The position numbers and the translations under genes were made by a program. Of a stretch of DNA of 64,000 bases, positions 49,979 to 59,566 are shown one piece after another (positions within the stretch are counted from its first letter, which is position 1; each line of letters starts with the position of its first letter). The stretch lies in IMG/VR virus record IMGVR_UViG_3300010938_000950, positions 62,001 through 126,000 of that record; one strand, 5' to 3'. The notes beneath the pieces were generated by a model that did no database searches, had not been told where the DNA came from, and worked only from the letters and a program-made list of their open reading frames with translations.

Positions 49979-52900
49979 ATGGCAATACAGTACTATATGC
50001 GAGCCTACAATACAACTTTGTCCCAATATGTGGACTGGGTTGTAAATGATGCGCCAGACAGTATAGGAACTTTTTCTGGTTACCCAACTAACCAACTAGT
50101 CAATATTACTGTTAATAGAGTAGTACAGTCAAAAGTTGAGAATTTTCTAAAACCGAACCAATCTTTAGGTGGTACGGACGGCCTCTTCTTCCACGTTAAT
50201 AGTTACGATTGGCGAAATGCTGTTACCCCTATTCCCCCTCCTACCAGCTATACTGGTTTTCAGATTGAAAGAGGCGTAAATTTCGTCTCTAATATTACAT
50301 CGGCCTCCAATACTGCACCTATTACGATTACGACATCTTCCAATCATAATTTAGTAACTGGCCAAATTGTAACTATTAATGGAGTTTCTGGTAACGTAGC
50401 CGCTAATGGTAGCTGGCCCATTGTAGTTACTGGTTTAACCACTTTTACCCTAACCGGTTCTGTAGGTTCAGGAAATTCTGTTGTTGGTGGTAGTGTTTTT
50501 ACTCCGAGAGATATGTCTTCCCTTATTTGGGATGAACTGGGTGATATCTGGAGATTTGTTTTAAATACCAATGGTGATGGAACTTCTCTCGGAGCATCAC
50601 AATCTCTCAGCGTTAATAATCTACTTGTTGATGGTTTTCTGGCCCTTGGTTCTGACCCGGCTGATACTGGAATTATCAGAATTCCAAATAATCAATATAT
50701 CTTTTCTGAATCTAATCCAAGTGGAACTGATGTTCAACTAATTGGCGCTGATTTATTTAATAGAATTAAACTCGGAAGTACAGTAACTGATATTGTTTAT
50801 ACTCCAGGTGTTGTAGTAGTTGATGGATACGTGCAGCATGATGGAACTAGTGGAAATATCGCTGCTTCAACTGGATTTATTCGTGAGCAAAATAATACGA
50901 CCATAGTTGCATTCAAGAATGTTAATCAGTCATTTTCTGACATAGCGGCATTATCATCAAATTCATTTAATAATATAGTAATAGGCGATACAGTTAATAC
51001 GGGCACCATTCATAATACAGCCAGTGGTGTATTTAATATCACCGCTGCCACTGCCGCTAGTCCAGTTCAGATTACAGTATCTGCTCCAACTACTTTCGTT
51101 ACCGGACAAAGTGTTACGATCAATGGAATCACTGGTACCATCGGAACCGATCCAACTAATGGATTAAATGGTAAAACATTTGCAATTGTAGTATTGAGCC
51201 CAACTCAATTTACACTTACTGGATCTAACGGTACGGGATTAGCTTACACCAGTGGTGGTACAGTCACTACAAATAACGTTCATTCATTCCAGGTAGGTGG
51301 AACAACTCAAGTCGAAATTGGTGCTCCTTTTGTTAGATTTCCGTCTGGAATTACTTCACCATTCATCTATCAGCTTCCGGCTGCCCCAAGCACTAGCGGA
51401 CAAAATCTAACTATTCAATCTCAGAATGCTGGATTAGGCGGATCCAACGGTGGTAATTTAACTCTAACAACCGGTACTGGTACAACTAATGGTATCATTA
51501 ATTTACAGACTGGTGGAGTAACTAGAATAACATTAAGCGATACAACCGAAACTCATATTCATCAAATAATTACATTTGCTAATACTGTCGCTAACCCAAT
51601 CATTACCCAAAATACCGCAACTGCTGCTGCTGGTACTACGCTAACTGTACAGGCACAAGCAACTTCATTAGCCGCTTCTGCTGGCGGTAATTTAGCACTC
51701 AGCTCTGGAGCTGGCACATCTCAGTCTGGAAATGTATTCATTCAAACTGGAGGAACTACACAAATTGTTGTTTCCCCTTTGACTATCGCCCCAAGTGATG
51801 CAACTTTCGGTCCACCAACCAGCGGAACAGTTATCATTAAAGGCAATTTAGAAGTTCAAGGAGCAATGACTACCGTAGAAAGTACGGTTGTTGATATAAT
51901 TGGTAGAGTCATCCACGCTAATTGGGCAGATCCAATTGGATCTCCAAACGTTGCTCGTCCAACACAAAATGTTGGCTATAGCATCCATAGAGGCAACGTA
52001 GGTGGCCAGCCACGTGATGGTGCTGCTTGGATATGGACTGAAGGCGCACTTGATGGCGGAGCCGATGGTTATTGGAGAGCTGTAACTATCCATGGTGATG
52101 GCTATGGAACTGATAACTTCAATATTACAAACTCTATAAGTGCTGTTGGAGTAATGGGCAATGACTTTGTTGCAAGTTCTGACCCTGCACCTGTTTTAGG
52201 TTATATTGCCGCTAGTGGAAGTTTGAGAACAGCTAATAATGTTCCAGTAGCTGTTTCTAGAGACATCACAGCAACCACAACGGTCACCGCAGCCTCAAAC
52301 TTAGCTACGCTGCCTCAAGGAACTATAAACGTAGTTTCAACTGCTGCATTTACTACCTCTGGAACATTGCTAGTTCTATCATCAACTGGTGTTCAAACTA
52401 TTACCTATACTGGTACGACCGGAACAAGTTTTACGGGATGTGTTGGTGGTACTGGTACAATTATTACAGGTAGTATTGTTGGTCAAACTAATAATAGCAC
52501 TACTATTGCTGCTCCATCCAACGGACAAATACTTCCTCAAGGAACAATTAACGTAGTTTCAACCACCGGATTCCCTCAAGCCGGAACTCTGCGCATTTAT
52601 ACCACTACTAGCACGGGTGGTATTCAGAATGTGTCGTACACAGGTACCACTGCTACCAGCTTCACCGGATGTACTGGCGGTACCGGAACTCTAAATACTG
52701 GAAATATTGTAACTAGTATTCCTGCAACTGGAACTCAAGATTTAGTCCTACTGGGAACTGACTTCGGTAATCGTATTCTTCATGGAGCGCCAACCAGTAA
52801 TGCTGGTCATATCTTTAATACGACCACTGGATCTATTTATGACTTCCAGATTAATAGTGTATCTCAGGTTCAACTAAGGGGTGATACTGACGTAGATACA

Positions 52901-54673
52901 TTCACTAAGACTATTACTATTGCCCCAACAGTCAGTAATCCAAAGATTTATCAGATAGTCCGTCCAGACACTGGAGCCAATAATGGCTTCAACATGATGC
53001 TCCATGCTCAAGATGGACAGCAACAAACTGGTGCCAATGCTAATAACAATGGTGGTTTGTTAATTCTATCTTCTGGTACTGCAGGTACTGGAGGATCTGG
53101 TGCTGCTGGTACTGATGGTTACGTAGATATCAGAACTGGTGTAACTACTAAGATTAGAGTATTCCCAACAGATGCTGCTCCGCCTGGTCCAAGCACTAAC
53201 GATAATAGTATTCTCTATTTTGAAAATCTATTTAGAGTAGATACTGCACAGCTTACCCCACTATTTAGACAGGATGACACGGCAACCGCTACTGGACAGT
53301 CTTACACTATTCAGGCACAGAATGCAACCACTACAGGTGGCGCTCTAGTATTAACTTCCGGAACTGGTGCAACCACTGCTGGTGATGTTCAAATTAGAAC
53401 AGGTGGTGTTGATAAGGTAATTGTTCATCCAACGTTTACTGAATTTAGGGATACGGCAGAGGCGTTGCGTGTCACTCCAGTTTCTGCTGGTACTACACAG
53501 ATTACCTACGCAGCCACTGTAACATCTGCACAAATTAACCAGACTCAAACAGCTTCCACACCAAGCGCTCCGATGACCATTCAGTCTCAGGTTACAACTG
53601 CGGCATCAGGTCAGGGCGGAAACCTAATTCTAATTGCTGGTAACGCAACTGGCACTACTTCCACTGGCGGTAATGCTATATTAACTTCCGGAACTGGAAC
53701 AACAGTTGCTGGAAATACTCAGCTACAAACTGGTGGTGTTGATCGTGTTGTTGTACATCCAACATTTACGGAGTTTAGAGATGCCGCTGAAGCTGTACGC
53801 ATTACTCCAGTTTCTGCCGGCACCACACAAGTTACATTTGCATCCACAGTAACTGCTGTTTCTTTCAATCAGACTGCAACAGTTGGTGCTACAGGCGCTC
53901 CTTGGACAATCCAAGCACAAGCCGGAGCTTCAGGAACTGGTGGAGATATCTCTATCATTGCAGGAAATGCTACTACAACAGGTGGAGACGCCATTATTAC
54001 ATCTGGTACTGGTGCTACAGCCGGAAATGTTCAACTACAAACTGGCGCGGTAGATCGTGTAGTAGTTCACCCAACATTTACTGAATTTAGAGATACCGCT
54101 GAAGCTTTGCGTGTCACCCCGGTATCCACTGGCACCACTTCTGTTCAGTTTGCATCAACTGTATTATCTTCCAGAATATTCCAAGCAGACCTAACTACTG
54201 CTAGTGGAGTTGGAGCAACTCTGACTGTACAAGCTCAGAATGAAACTGGTGCAACGTCTACCGGCGGAAGTTTGAATCTAACTTCTGGAACTGGTACTTT
54301 GATGGATGGGTACACCAACCTACAAGCTGGTGGCTCCACCGTTGCAAGTGTCCATACTGATAAGTTTATCTTTGCCAAAGGATGGAGAAGAAACGTATCT
54401 ATGATCTCCAGCAGTGGAACGTACAATGTTTTGGATATGGACGATTATATTGCGGTAGTCAGCTTGTCTGCGGCATTCCAAATCAATTTACCAGCTTCTC
54501 CGATGATAGGCGATACATACGAAGTCAAAGACACCACCGGAAATGCAGTTACTTTCAATATCACCATATCTGGTAACGGTAAAAACATTGACGGTGCTGG
54601 TACATTTGTACTCACTCAAGCATACGCATCTGCCGCCTTTACATACACTGGTACGCAGTGGAGTGTGACATAA
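49979..54673 (+). CDS. Large mosaic tail-fibre-like protein (2 B, 2 A, ~7 TIQAQ..GG.L.LTSGTG repeats)
   Basis: 1564 aa, Thr/Gly-rich; HPTFTEFRD.AEA.R.TPVS.GTT three times. Confidence 0.75.
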   Translation: MAIQYYMRAYNTTLSQYVDWVVNDAPDSIGTFSGYPTNQLVNITVNRVVQSKVENFLKPNQSLGGTDGLFFHVNSYDWRNAVTPIPPPTSYTGFQIERGVNFVSNITSASNTAPITITTSSNHNLVTGQIVTINGVSGNVAANGSWPIVVTGLTTFTLTGSVGSGNSVVGGSVFTPRDMSSLIWDELGDIWRFVLNTNGDGTSLGASQSLSVNNLLVDGFLALGSDPADTGIIRIPNNQYIFSESNPSGTDVQLIGADLFNRIKLGSTVTDIVYTPGVVVVDGYVQHDGTSGNIAASTGFIREQNNTTIVAFKNVNQSFSDIAALSSNSFNNIVIGDTVNTGTIHNTASGVFNITAATAASPVQITVSAPTTFVTGQSVTINGITGTIGTDPTNGLNGKTFAIVVLSPTQFTLTGSNGTGLAYTSGGTVTTNNVHSFQVGGTTQVEIGAPFVRFPSGITSPFIYQLPAAPSTSGQNLTIQSQNAGLGGSNGGNLTLTTGTGTTNGIINLQTGGVTRITLSDTTETHIHQIITFANTVANPIITQNTATAAAGTTLTVQAQATSLAASAGGNLALSSGAGTSQSGNVFIQTGGTTQIVVSPLTIAPSDATFGPPTSGTVIIKGNLEVQGAMTTVESTVVDIIGRVIHANWADPIGSPNVARPTQNVGYSIHRGNVGGQPRDGAAWIWTEGALDGGADGYWRAVTIHGDGYGTDNFNITNSISAVGVMGNDFVASSDPAPVLGYIAASGSLRTANNVPVAVSRDITATTTVTAASNLATLPQGTINVVSTAAFTTSGTLLVLSSTGVQTITYTGTTGTSFTGCVGGTGTIITGSIVGQTNNSTTIAAPSNGQILPQGTINVVSTTGFPQAGTLRIYTTTSTGGIQNVSYTGTTATSFTGCTGGTGTLNTGNIVTSIPATGTQDLVLLGTDFGNRILHGAPTSNAGHIFNTTTGSIYDFQINSVSQVQLRGDTDVDTFTKTITIAPTVSNPKIYQIVRPDTGANNGFNMMLHAQDGQQQTGANANNNGGLLILSSGTAGTGGSGAAGTDGYVDIRTGVTTKIRVFPTDAAPPGPSTNDNSILYFENLFRVDTAQLTPLFRQDDTATATGQSYTIQAQNATTTGGALVLTSGTGATTAGDVQIRTGGVDKVIVHPTFTEFRDTAEALRVTPVSAGTTQITYAATVTSAQINQTQTASTPSAPMTIQSQVTTAASGQGGNLILIAGNATGTTSTGGNAILTSGTGTTVAGNTQLQTGGVDRVVVHPTFTEFRDAAEAVRITPVSAGTTQVTFASTVTAVSFNQTATVGATGAPWTIQAQAGASGTGGDISIIAGNATTTGGDAIITSGTGATAGNVQLQTGAVDRVVVHPTFTEFRDTAEALRVTPVSTGTTSVQFASTVLSSRIFQADLTTASGVGATLTVQAQNETGATSTGGSLNLTSGTGTLMDGYTNLQAGGSTVASVHTDKFIFAKGWRRNVSMISSSGTYNVLDMDDYIAVVSLSAAFQINLPASPMIGDTYEVKDTTGNAVTFNITISGNGKNIDGAGTFVLTQAYASAAFTYTGTQWSVT
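53290..54330 (+). repeat. Tandem ~100-aa coding repeats (three close copies)
   Basis: VHPTFTEFRD at ~53425, ~53755, ~54065. Confidence 0.85.
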
Positions 54674-54688
54674 AGATAAGGAATAACT

Positions 54689-55894
54689 ATGGCTTATAAT
54701 GTAACAGTTGTTGGACAATCCAGTTTAGATGCTTTTGGAAGAAGTAGGGTTTCTAATCCAACCACCATTTTCGATAGCAAACAATTGTTTGATGGAAGAA
54801 CCATATTCTGGTCAACTTCTACGGCGACTGGTGCATCGATTACTTTTGATGGTTATAGGGCATCTAGTACTTTATCCGTAACCAGCTCTGGTGGTTCCGA
54901 AGCTATCAAACAAACAAAAAGACGCTTTAATTACAGCCCTGGCAAATCTTTGCTTATCATGAACACATTTGTGATGGGCACATCTGCTTCTGGTACACGA
55001 AAAAGAGTTGGTTATTTTGATGCCAACAACGGAATTTTCTTTCAAGACAACGGTGGTACTAAATCTATGGTTCTGAGAAGCAGTGTGTCTGGCAGTCCTA
55101 GTGATACGATTGTTAACCAGGCAAACTGGAATATTGACAAGATGGATGGCACGGGAAGCAGCGGAATTACTCTTGATATTACCAAGGCTCAAATTCTATT
55201 TATTGATCTAGAATGGCTAGGAGTTGGCGCTGTAAGAGTAGGCTTTGTAATTAATGGGCTAGTTCACTATGCTCACCAATTTTTAACTGCCAACGTTGGC
55301 ACCTCCGTGTATATGTCTTCCCCTAATTTGCCAATTAGATATGAGATTACAAATACAGGTGCCGGTGGTGCAAGTTCATTAGAACAAATTTGTAGTACTG
55401 TAGTTGTAGAAGGAAATACGCAATCAGAAGGTATGCTATTATCTGCTGATAGAGGAGCTACCGCACTGGCCTCTGTTGATAATGCTGCCCTATATCCTCT
55501 AGTGTCCATAAGATTAGATAACACTAAACCTGGCGCAACCATTACTCCAGCACAATTAAGTGTATTGGCAACTACAGCGGGCGTAGATTTTAAGTGGGCT
55601 TTAGTACTCAATCCTACTATTGGTGGGTCTGATGCCGCATCCTGGACTTCTATTCCTAACAGTGCAGTGCAGTATGATGTTAGTAGAACAATCACTAATA
55701 CAGTAACAGGTGGTACTGTCATCGCATCGGGGTATGGTAACGATGCTGCAGCCATCACAGCTAACTTTAGTACCGTACTTACATTAGGATTAAGTATAGC
55801 GGGCGTATCTGATCAATTCGTGCTGGCCGTACAGAAAATTGGAGCGGGTACTGATTCCTTCGTGGGAGCTATATCCTGGCGCGAGTTTGAATAA
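54689..55894 (+). CDS. Conserved viral beta-rich protein, probably structural
   Basis: DAFGR.RVSNP.TIFDS, Y.PGKS, WN.DKMDGTG.SG, EWLGVG.VR.GF motifs recalled from large-phage proteins. Confidence 0.6.
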   Translation: MAYNVTVVGQSSLDAFGRSRVSNPTTIFDSKQLFDGRTIFWSTSTATGASITFDGYRASSTLSVTSSGGSEAIKQTKRRFNYSPGKSLLIMNTFVMGTSASGTRKRVGYFDANNGIFFQDNGGTKSMVLRSSVSGSPSDTIVNQANWNIDKMDGTGSSGITLDITKAQILFIDLEWLGVGAVRVGFVINGLVHYAHQFLTANVGTSVYMSSPNLPIRYEITNTGAGGASSLEQICSTVVVEGNTQSEGMLLSADRGATALASVDNAALYPLVSIRLDNTKPGATITPAQLSVLATTAGVDFKWALVLNPTIGGSDAASWTSIPNSAVQYDVSRTITNTVTGGTVIASGYGNDAAAITANFSTVLTLGLSIAGVSDQFVLAVQKIGAGTDSFVGAISWREFE

Positions 55895-56410
55895 TTATTT
55901 CTTGATTTTCTCGTAGATAACAACCATTGCCTTTAGGTCTGGTTTTTCTGGGGCTAACATTAGTGTCTGTTTGGCAATAAATTCTAGCGGATTGATCCAT
56001 GGAAATCTGGCAGCTTCTTGACCATACGACACATCTATCCAATTAGGCACGATAGTCAAATGAATTTCATCCGCAAATTCCATGCCAGCTTCATAAATAC
56101 GTTCCCCTCCTACAATCCAAACGTCTTTGCCATTGTCACAGGTATCTAACGCTTCCGGCACTGAGGCAAATACTTCGATGCCTTCATGATTAAGAACACC
56201 AAGTCCGTTAGCTAGTCGGCTAATAACAATATTTCGACGGTTTGGTAATGGTCTGCTACCAATTGATTCAAAAGTCTTCCTCCCCATAATAATGGTAGAA
56301 TTTTTTGTTTTACTGGCGAATAGCTTCATGTCTTCCGGATAATGCCACGGTAGTTTGCCATCTAATCCAATGTAGCCATTCTGACTAACAGCAGCGATCA
56401 TTTTAATCAT
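55895..56410 (-). CDS. folA: Dihydrofolate reductase
   Basis: IAAVSQNGYIG..GKLPWHYPEDM, IMGRKTFESIG.RPLPNRRNIVIS, VGGERIY. Confidence 0.93.
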   Translation of the reverse strand: MIKMIAAVSQNGYIGLDGKLPWHYPEDMKLFASKTKNSTIIMGRKTFESIGSRPLPNRRNIVISRLANGLGVLNHEGIEVFASVPEALDTCDNGKDVWIVGGERIYEAGMEFADEIHLTIVPNWIDVSYGQEAARFPWINPLEFIAKQTLMLAPEKPDLKAMVVIYEKIKK

Positions 56411-56419
56411 CTGATTACC

Positions 56420-57067
56420 TCATCCAAAAATCTTTTCTTTAGTCCACCCAAAAGCTTCTAAAGACATATTAAATGATCCTGTCTCATATGTTTGTTGTAG
56501 CATGGTCTTAGCTAAATTAGCCACTTCAAGTTGGGCGCCATCTTCATTGCGCAGACCCTGGAAATGCATAAAAGAGCGGAAATTAAACATAACGTCTGCT
56601 GTTAATTGGTGGCAGTATGGTAGATAGAAACGAGCGCTTTCCTTAGCTCGTTTTCTGCTGTATCCCTTAGCTACTAGTCTTTCTAGGGTATCATGGTATT
56701 TCTTGAAAGATTCTTTATAATGCTGGAGAAGCAGTACTTGTTCATCTTCTGGCCAATCAATTGGTACATATCCTTTTTCTTCTTGTAGTTTCTTATATCT
56801 TGCCGACTCTCCATTGACTGATACCCCAATTCTATGTTTTAGGATATGGATGTGTGTGGCAATATCAGTGGTTACTAAAAAGTGTAGAGAAGACTTCTCA
56901 AATGGAGTATGATGACCATTTTGAGCTAGCATAGTTAACAGCTTATCCATACGTCCACGTTTTTCCTCGGTTAGGTCACGGGAGGTTGAAGTCCAAGCGG
57001 AGAGCGCATGCGTCTCATCAGAGCCGTAAAAACCTACTAGCTCTACTTTATTATCATAGTCTTTCAT
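56420..57067 (-). CDS. thyX: Flavin-dependent thymidylate synthase
   Basis: HHTPFE, KHRIGVSVNGESARY, KESARFYLP, NFRSFMHF..LR...AQLE. Confidence 0.9.
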   Translation of the reverse strand: MKDYDNKVELVGFYGSDETHALSAWTSTSRDLTEEKRGRMDKLLTMLAQNGHHTPFEKSSLHFLVTTDIATHIHILKHRIGVSVNGESARYKKLQEEKGYVPIDWPEDEQVLLLQHYKESFKKYHDTLERLVAKGYSRKRAKESARFYLPYCHQLTADVMFNFRSFMHFQGLRNEDGAQLEVANLAKTMLQQTYETGSFNMSLEAFGWTKEKIFG

Positions 57068-57075
57068 GTATTATC

Positions 57076-57726
57076 CTATTGTTTAGCTGCAATCATTAAT
57101 TCAGAAATCAATTTATTCAAAGCAGGATCCGAGATAGATTCGGGTTTTCCTTCTTTGATGTTGGTGGCTTCAATCGCAAATCGTGCTTCTTCACCAAATG
57201 GCATCATCCAATAATACGACGAGTTCTTGAAGTTTTTAGCGTAATGGGGGCCAGAAAATCCAGGATCTATACCATAAAGTTCATAACCAACTCTCATACT
57301 CACAAAATAAGCTCGTCTTTCAAAAGCCGCACGAAATGGAGCTGGCCAGGGCAACAAGCATAGCAGTGCAAGGGGCACTACAATTTTCCATGTCAACACA
57401 AATAAGAGTAATAGCATCGGTAATGCCAGAATTTGTGGAAACAAATAGCCAAGTTTGAATGGTGCTGAGCCTACTCTTTTTTCATCGTAGATATGGACGC
57501 ATTCATGTATGAAAATTTCAGAGGCGGAAGGTCTGGCGGTGCTTGCCTCATTTGGCCAGTAAATAGTTTCTCCGATAGTAGTGACAAATGATGTCATGAA
57601 TGTCGGATTGAAAAACATTAACTTACCCAACAATTTCATCAACGGATCTTGATCTTTATATTTGATTTGTAGATTTGGGAAGTAAGTTTGAGCTTTTGTT
57701 ACTAGTTCGTCAAACGCCATATTCAC
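57076..57726 (-). CDS. HExxH zinc metallopeptidase-like membrane protein
   Basis: TTIG.TIY.P, HECVH, hydrophobic hairpin, downstream ERRAY. Confidence 0.7.
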   Translation of the reverse strand: MNMAFDELVTKAQTYFPNLQIKYKDQDPLMKLLGKLMFFNPTFMTSFVTTIGETIYWPNEASTARPSASEIFIHECVHIYDEKRVGSAPFKLGYLFPQILALPMLLLLFVLTWKIVVPLALLCLLPWPAPFRAAFERRAYFVSMRVGYELYGIDPGFSGPHYAKNFKNSSYYWMMPFGEEARFAIEATNIKEGKPESISDPALNKLISELMIAAKQ

Positions 57727-58025
57727 CCTATTTCTTTAACTATAATTTCATCTGGTAAAAAACCGAAGGTAGACGGTTTAAAAGGAATATCCTTAAACCC
57801 TCCTGCTTTTGGGTTGATAATGAGCCGCCATCCCATCAAATAATTATTACACACGTCATATCTGCAATCTTCAGTTTCGAATATGATTCCACTGTAATCT
57901 TTGCATGAATACTTCTCGTATTCAAATTTAGTTGGGTAAAGAAACATATAGTTTCCTAACTGACATGCCGTACAATCTTTGTGGGTTTCAAGAAATACTG
58001 CAAGTTCTTTTTCTAAACTTTCCAT
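57723..58025 (-). CDS. Hypothetical protein
   Basis: ORF; start moved to MESLEKE. Confidence 0.55.
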   Translation of the reverse strand: MESLEKELAVFLETHKDCTACQLGNYMFLYPTKFEYEKYSCKDYSGIIFETEDCRYDVCNNYLMGWRLIINPKAGGFKDIPFKPSTFGFLPDEIIVKEIG

Positions 58026-58167
58026 AGAACAATCCACCTATAAATCCAGCAACGCCAGCCACAAAACCTAGCCAGCAACCAAATTTTACACCAGAATAGA
58101 GCGCTTCAGCCATGACCAGCCCAAAGAACATCCAGGCTAGTGATTTCCATAATTTGCATCTGTTCAT
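57988..58167 (-). CDS. 59-aa two-TM membrane protein (not in ORF track)
   Basis: Read manually: MNRCKLWKSLAWMFFGLVMAEALYSGVKFGCWLGFVAGVAGFIGGLFYGKFRKRTCSIS*; ATGA overlap. Confidence 0.6.
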   Translation of the reverse strand: MNRCKLWKSLAWMFFGLVMAEALYSGVKFGCWLGFVAGVAGFIGGLFYGKFRKRTCSIS

Positions 58168-58358
58168 TTCTTATCAAAGAAATACTTATAATCGGCAAAG
58201 GAAAAGTAACCGAATGGCAATAAAAGCGCGCCTAGTGTAACTGGAACAATTGCTGGTAGGCCCTCAGCAATAGACCAAACAAGACCACTAATTAAAGCAA
58301 CATTTGTAAGTGCTGTTGCCGAAGCCGTAATAATTTTAATAGTTTTTGCAGTATCCAT
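58164..58358 (-). CDS. 64-aa two-TM membrane protein
   Basis: GAGGT RBS before ATG 58358; two hydrophobic segments. Confidence 0.6.
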   Translation of the reverse strand: MDTAKTIKIITASATALTNVALISGLVWSIAEGLPAIVPVTLGALLLPFGYFSFADYKYFFDKK

Positions 58359-58365
58359 AATAACC

Positions 58366-59409
58366 TCACTTGATAATAACGTCATGCGGATGAGACTCTT
58401 TCAGCCCCGCACTGGTTATTCTTATAAATGTCGGATTATCCTTAAGCTCCTCTAAGTTACGTGCGCCTTGATATGAGCATCCAGATTGTAATCCTTCAAC
58501 TAGTTTAGTCATTATATTTTGGAATGTTCCCTTATAAGGGACCAACGCCGCCACACCTTCGATATGATTGGTTTTGTGGGTAGAACTTCCAACATATTCT
58601 TTGTAGATTACTTTGTCTATTTCCACTCTTCTACCCGGCGCTTCTTCACAGCCTGCAAAAAGATTTCCAATCATTACCATATCAGCAAAGCAAAGAGCCT
58701 TGACAATGTCTCCTGCGCTTTTGATTCCGCCGTCAGATATAAAACGGAACTGACGTCTTTTCTCGTGGGGATAGTGTTTAGTCCTTTCTAGTTCATTTAG
58801 CTGACGTTGAACTTCGGCAACATCAGCCAAGGCTGTGAATTGTGGCACACCATTGCCTGTTTCAATTCTGGTAGTACACAAACTACCTGGCCCCACACCA
58901 ACTTTAACCACATCAGCTCCAGCTTGCCATAGTCGGCGAGCGCCTTCTCCGGTAGCTACATTTCCAGCAATAATAAAAATATCTGGGTATTTTTCTTTAA
59001 TCCAACTAGTCATCTCCATGCACATTTTTGAATCACCGTGTGCCACATCAATACAAACTATCCGGATGCCAGCGTCTCGAAAGCGAGCAACCATTTCTCT
59101 GTCAGAAGGTTTCACGCCTATGGAAACGGCAAAATGCTCATTACCATAGTTATCAAAAATCCTGTTTGCAATTTGCAGTTGCTCTTTCTCATCCATGAAT
59201 CGATGTAAAATAGCTAATCCGCCACTTTTGATAATTTTTACAGCCATCTCTTCGCCAATAACCGTTTTCATGTTGGCTGGAATAATTGGGTGTGCAAATT
59301 CTAAACAGCCCCATTTTACTGAAACATCCACATCTTTTGAGCGACTTTCTATATCAGAATATTGTGGAACCAGAAGCACATCATCAAACGTCAAACCCTC
59401 ACGAATCAT
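58366..59409 (-). CDS. IMP dehydrogenase / GMP reductase family protein without CBS domains
   Basis: [43 protein letters not shown]. Confidence 0.9.
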   Translation of the reverse strand: MIREGLTFDDVLLVPQYSDIESRSKDVDVSVKWGCLEFAHPIIPANMKTVIGEEMAVKIIKSGGLAILHRFMDEKEQLQIANRIFDNYGNEHFAVSIGVKPSDREMVARFRDAGIRIVCIDVAHGDSKMCMEMTSWIKEKYPDIFIIAGNVATGEGARRLWQAGADVVKVGVGPGSLCTTRIETGNGVPQFTALADVAEVQRQLNELERTKHYPHEKRRQFRFISDGGIKSAGDIVKALCFADMVMIGNLFAGCEEAPGRRVEIDKVIYKEYVGSSTHKTNHIEGVAALVPYKGTFQNIMTKLVEGLQSGCSYQGARNLEELKDNPTFIRITSAGLKESHPHDVIIK

Positions 59410-59464
59410 AGATTACCTCCAAACGACAGCCAGAATCGATATAACATTCGCCATAATAATGCAT

Positions 59465-59493
59465 ATTATACGAGACAAGTTTATTTAAAGCAA
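59465..59493 (-). promoter_or_regulatory. Sigma70-type promoter for the IMPDH-ThyX-DHFR operon
   Basis: Minus strand TTGCTT-17 nt-TATAAT; GGAGGT RBS downstream. Confidence 0.7.
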
Positions 59494-59566
59494 TGATAAG
59501 ATAATGATTTAATTATCTTTGTCAAGGCTACAGCAAAGAAAATCATTAGTAAGACAGGGAGTTTAT

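Larger units (their letters stand above)
29620..52712. repeat. Dispersed in-frame coding modules A (~19 copies) and B (E1-FCCH-like, ~10 copies)
   Basis: A: TTIAAGSNGQSLPQATINVASTTGFPTSGTI.V....G.QTVTYTGTT.T.FTGC.GGTGTM.TG..V; B: IT.A.N..PI.ITT...H.L.TGQ.VTISGV.GN.AANG...IT......FTLNG..GNG.Y..GG.V; counted by eye in 7 ORFs. Confidence 0.9.

Noticed and set aside
29547-52712. Module A or B as inteins or self-splicing elements
   Set aside because: No N-terminal Cys/Ser with C-terminal His-Asn and no Hint motifs; ~70 aa is too short; the conserved Cys is internal
29547-54673. Diversity-generating retroelement or invertase shufflon behind the repeats
   Set aside because: No reverse transcriptase, adenine-specific TR/VR pair, recombinase or inverted crossover sites seen in the window
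30196-55758. Many short antisense or alternate-frame ORFs (e.g. 31362..31832, 34226..34573, 55273..55758)
   Set aside because: Shadows of Thr/Gly-rich genes with no RBS or motifs
59498-59519. Inverted repeat aagataat..attatctt between divergent genes as an operator or terminator
   Set aside because: Very AT-rich single instance; could be chance
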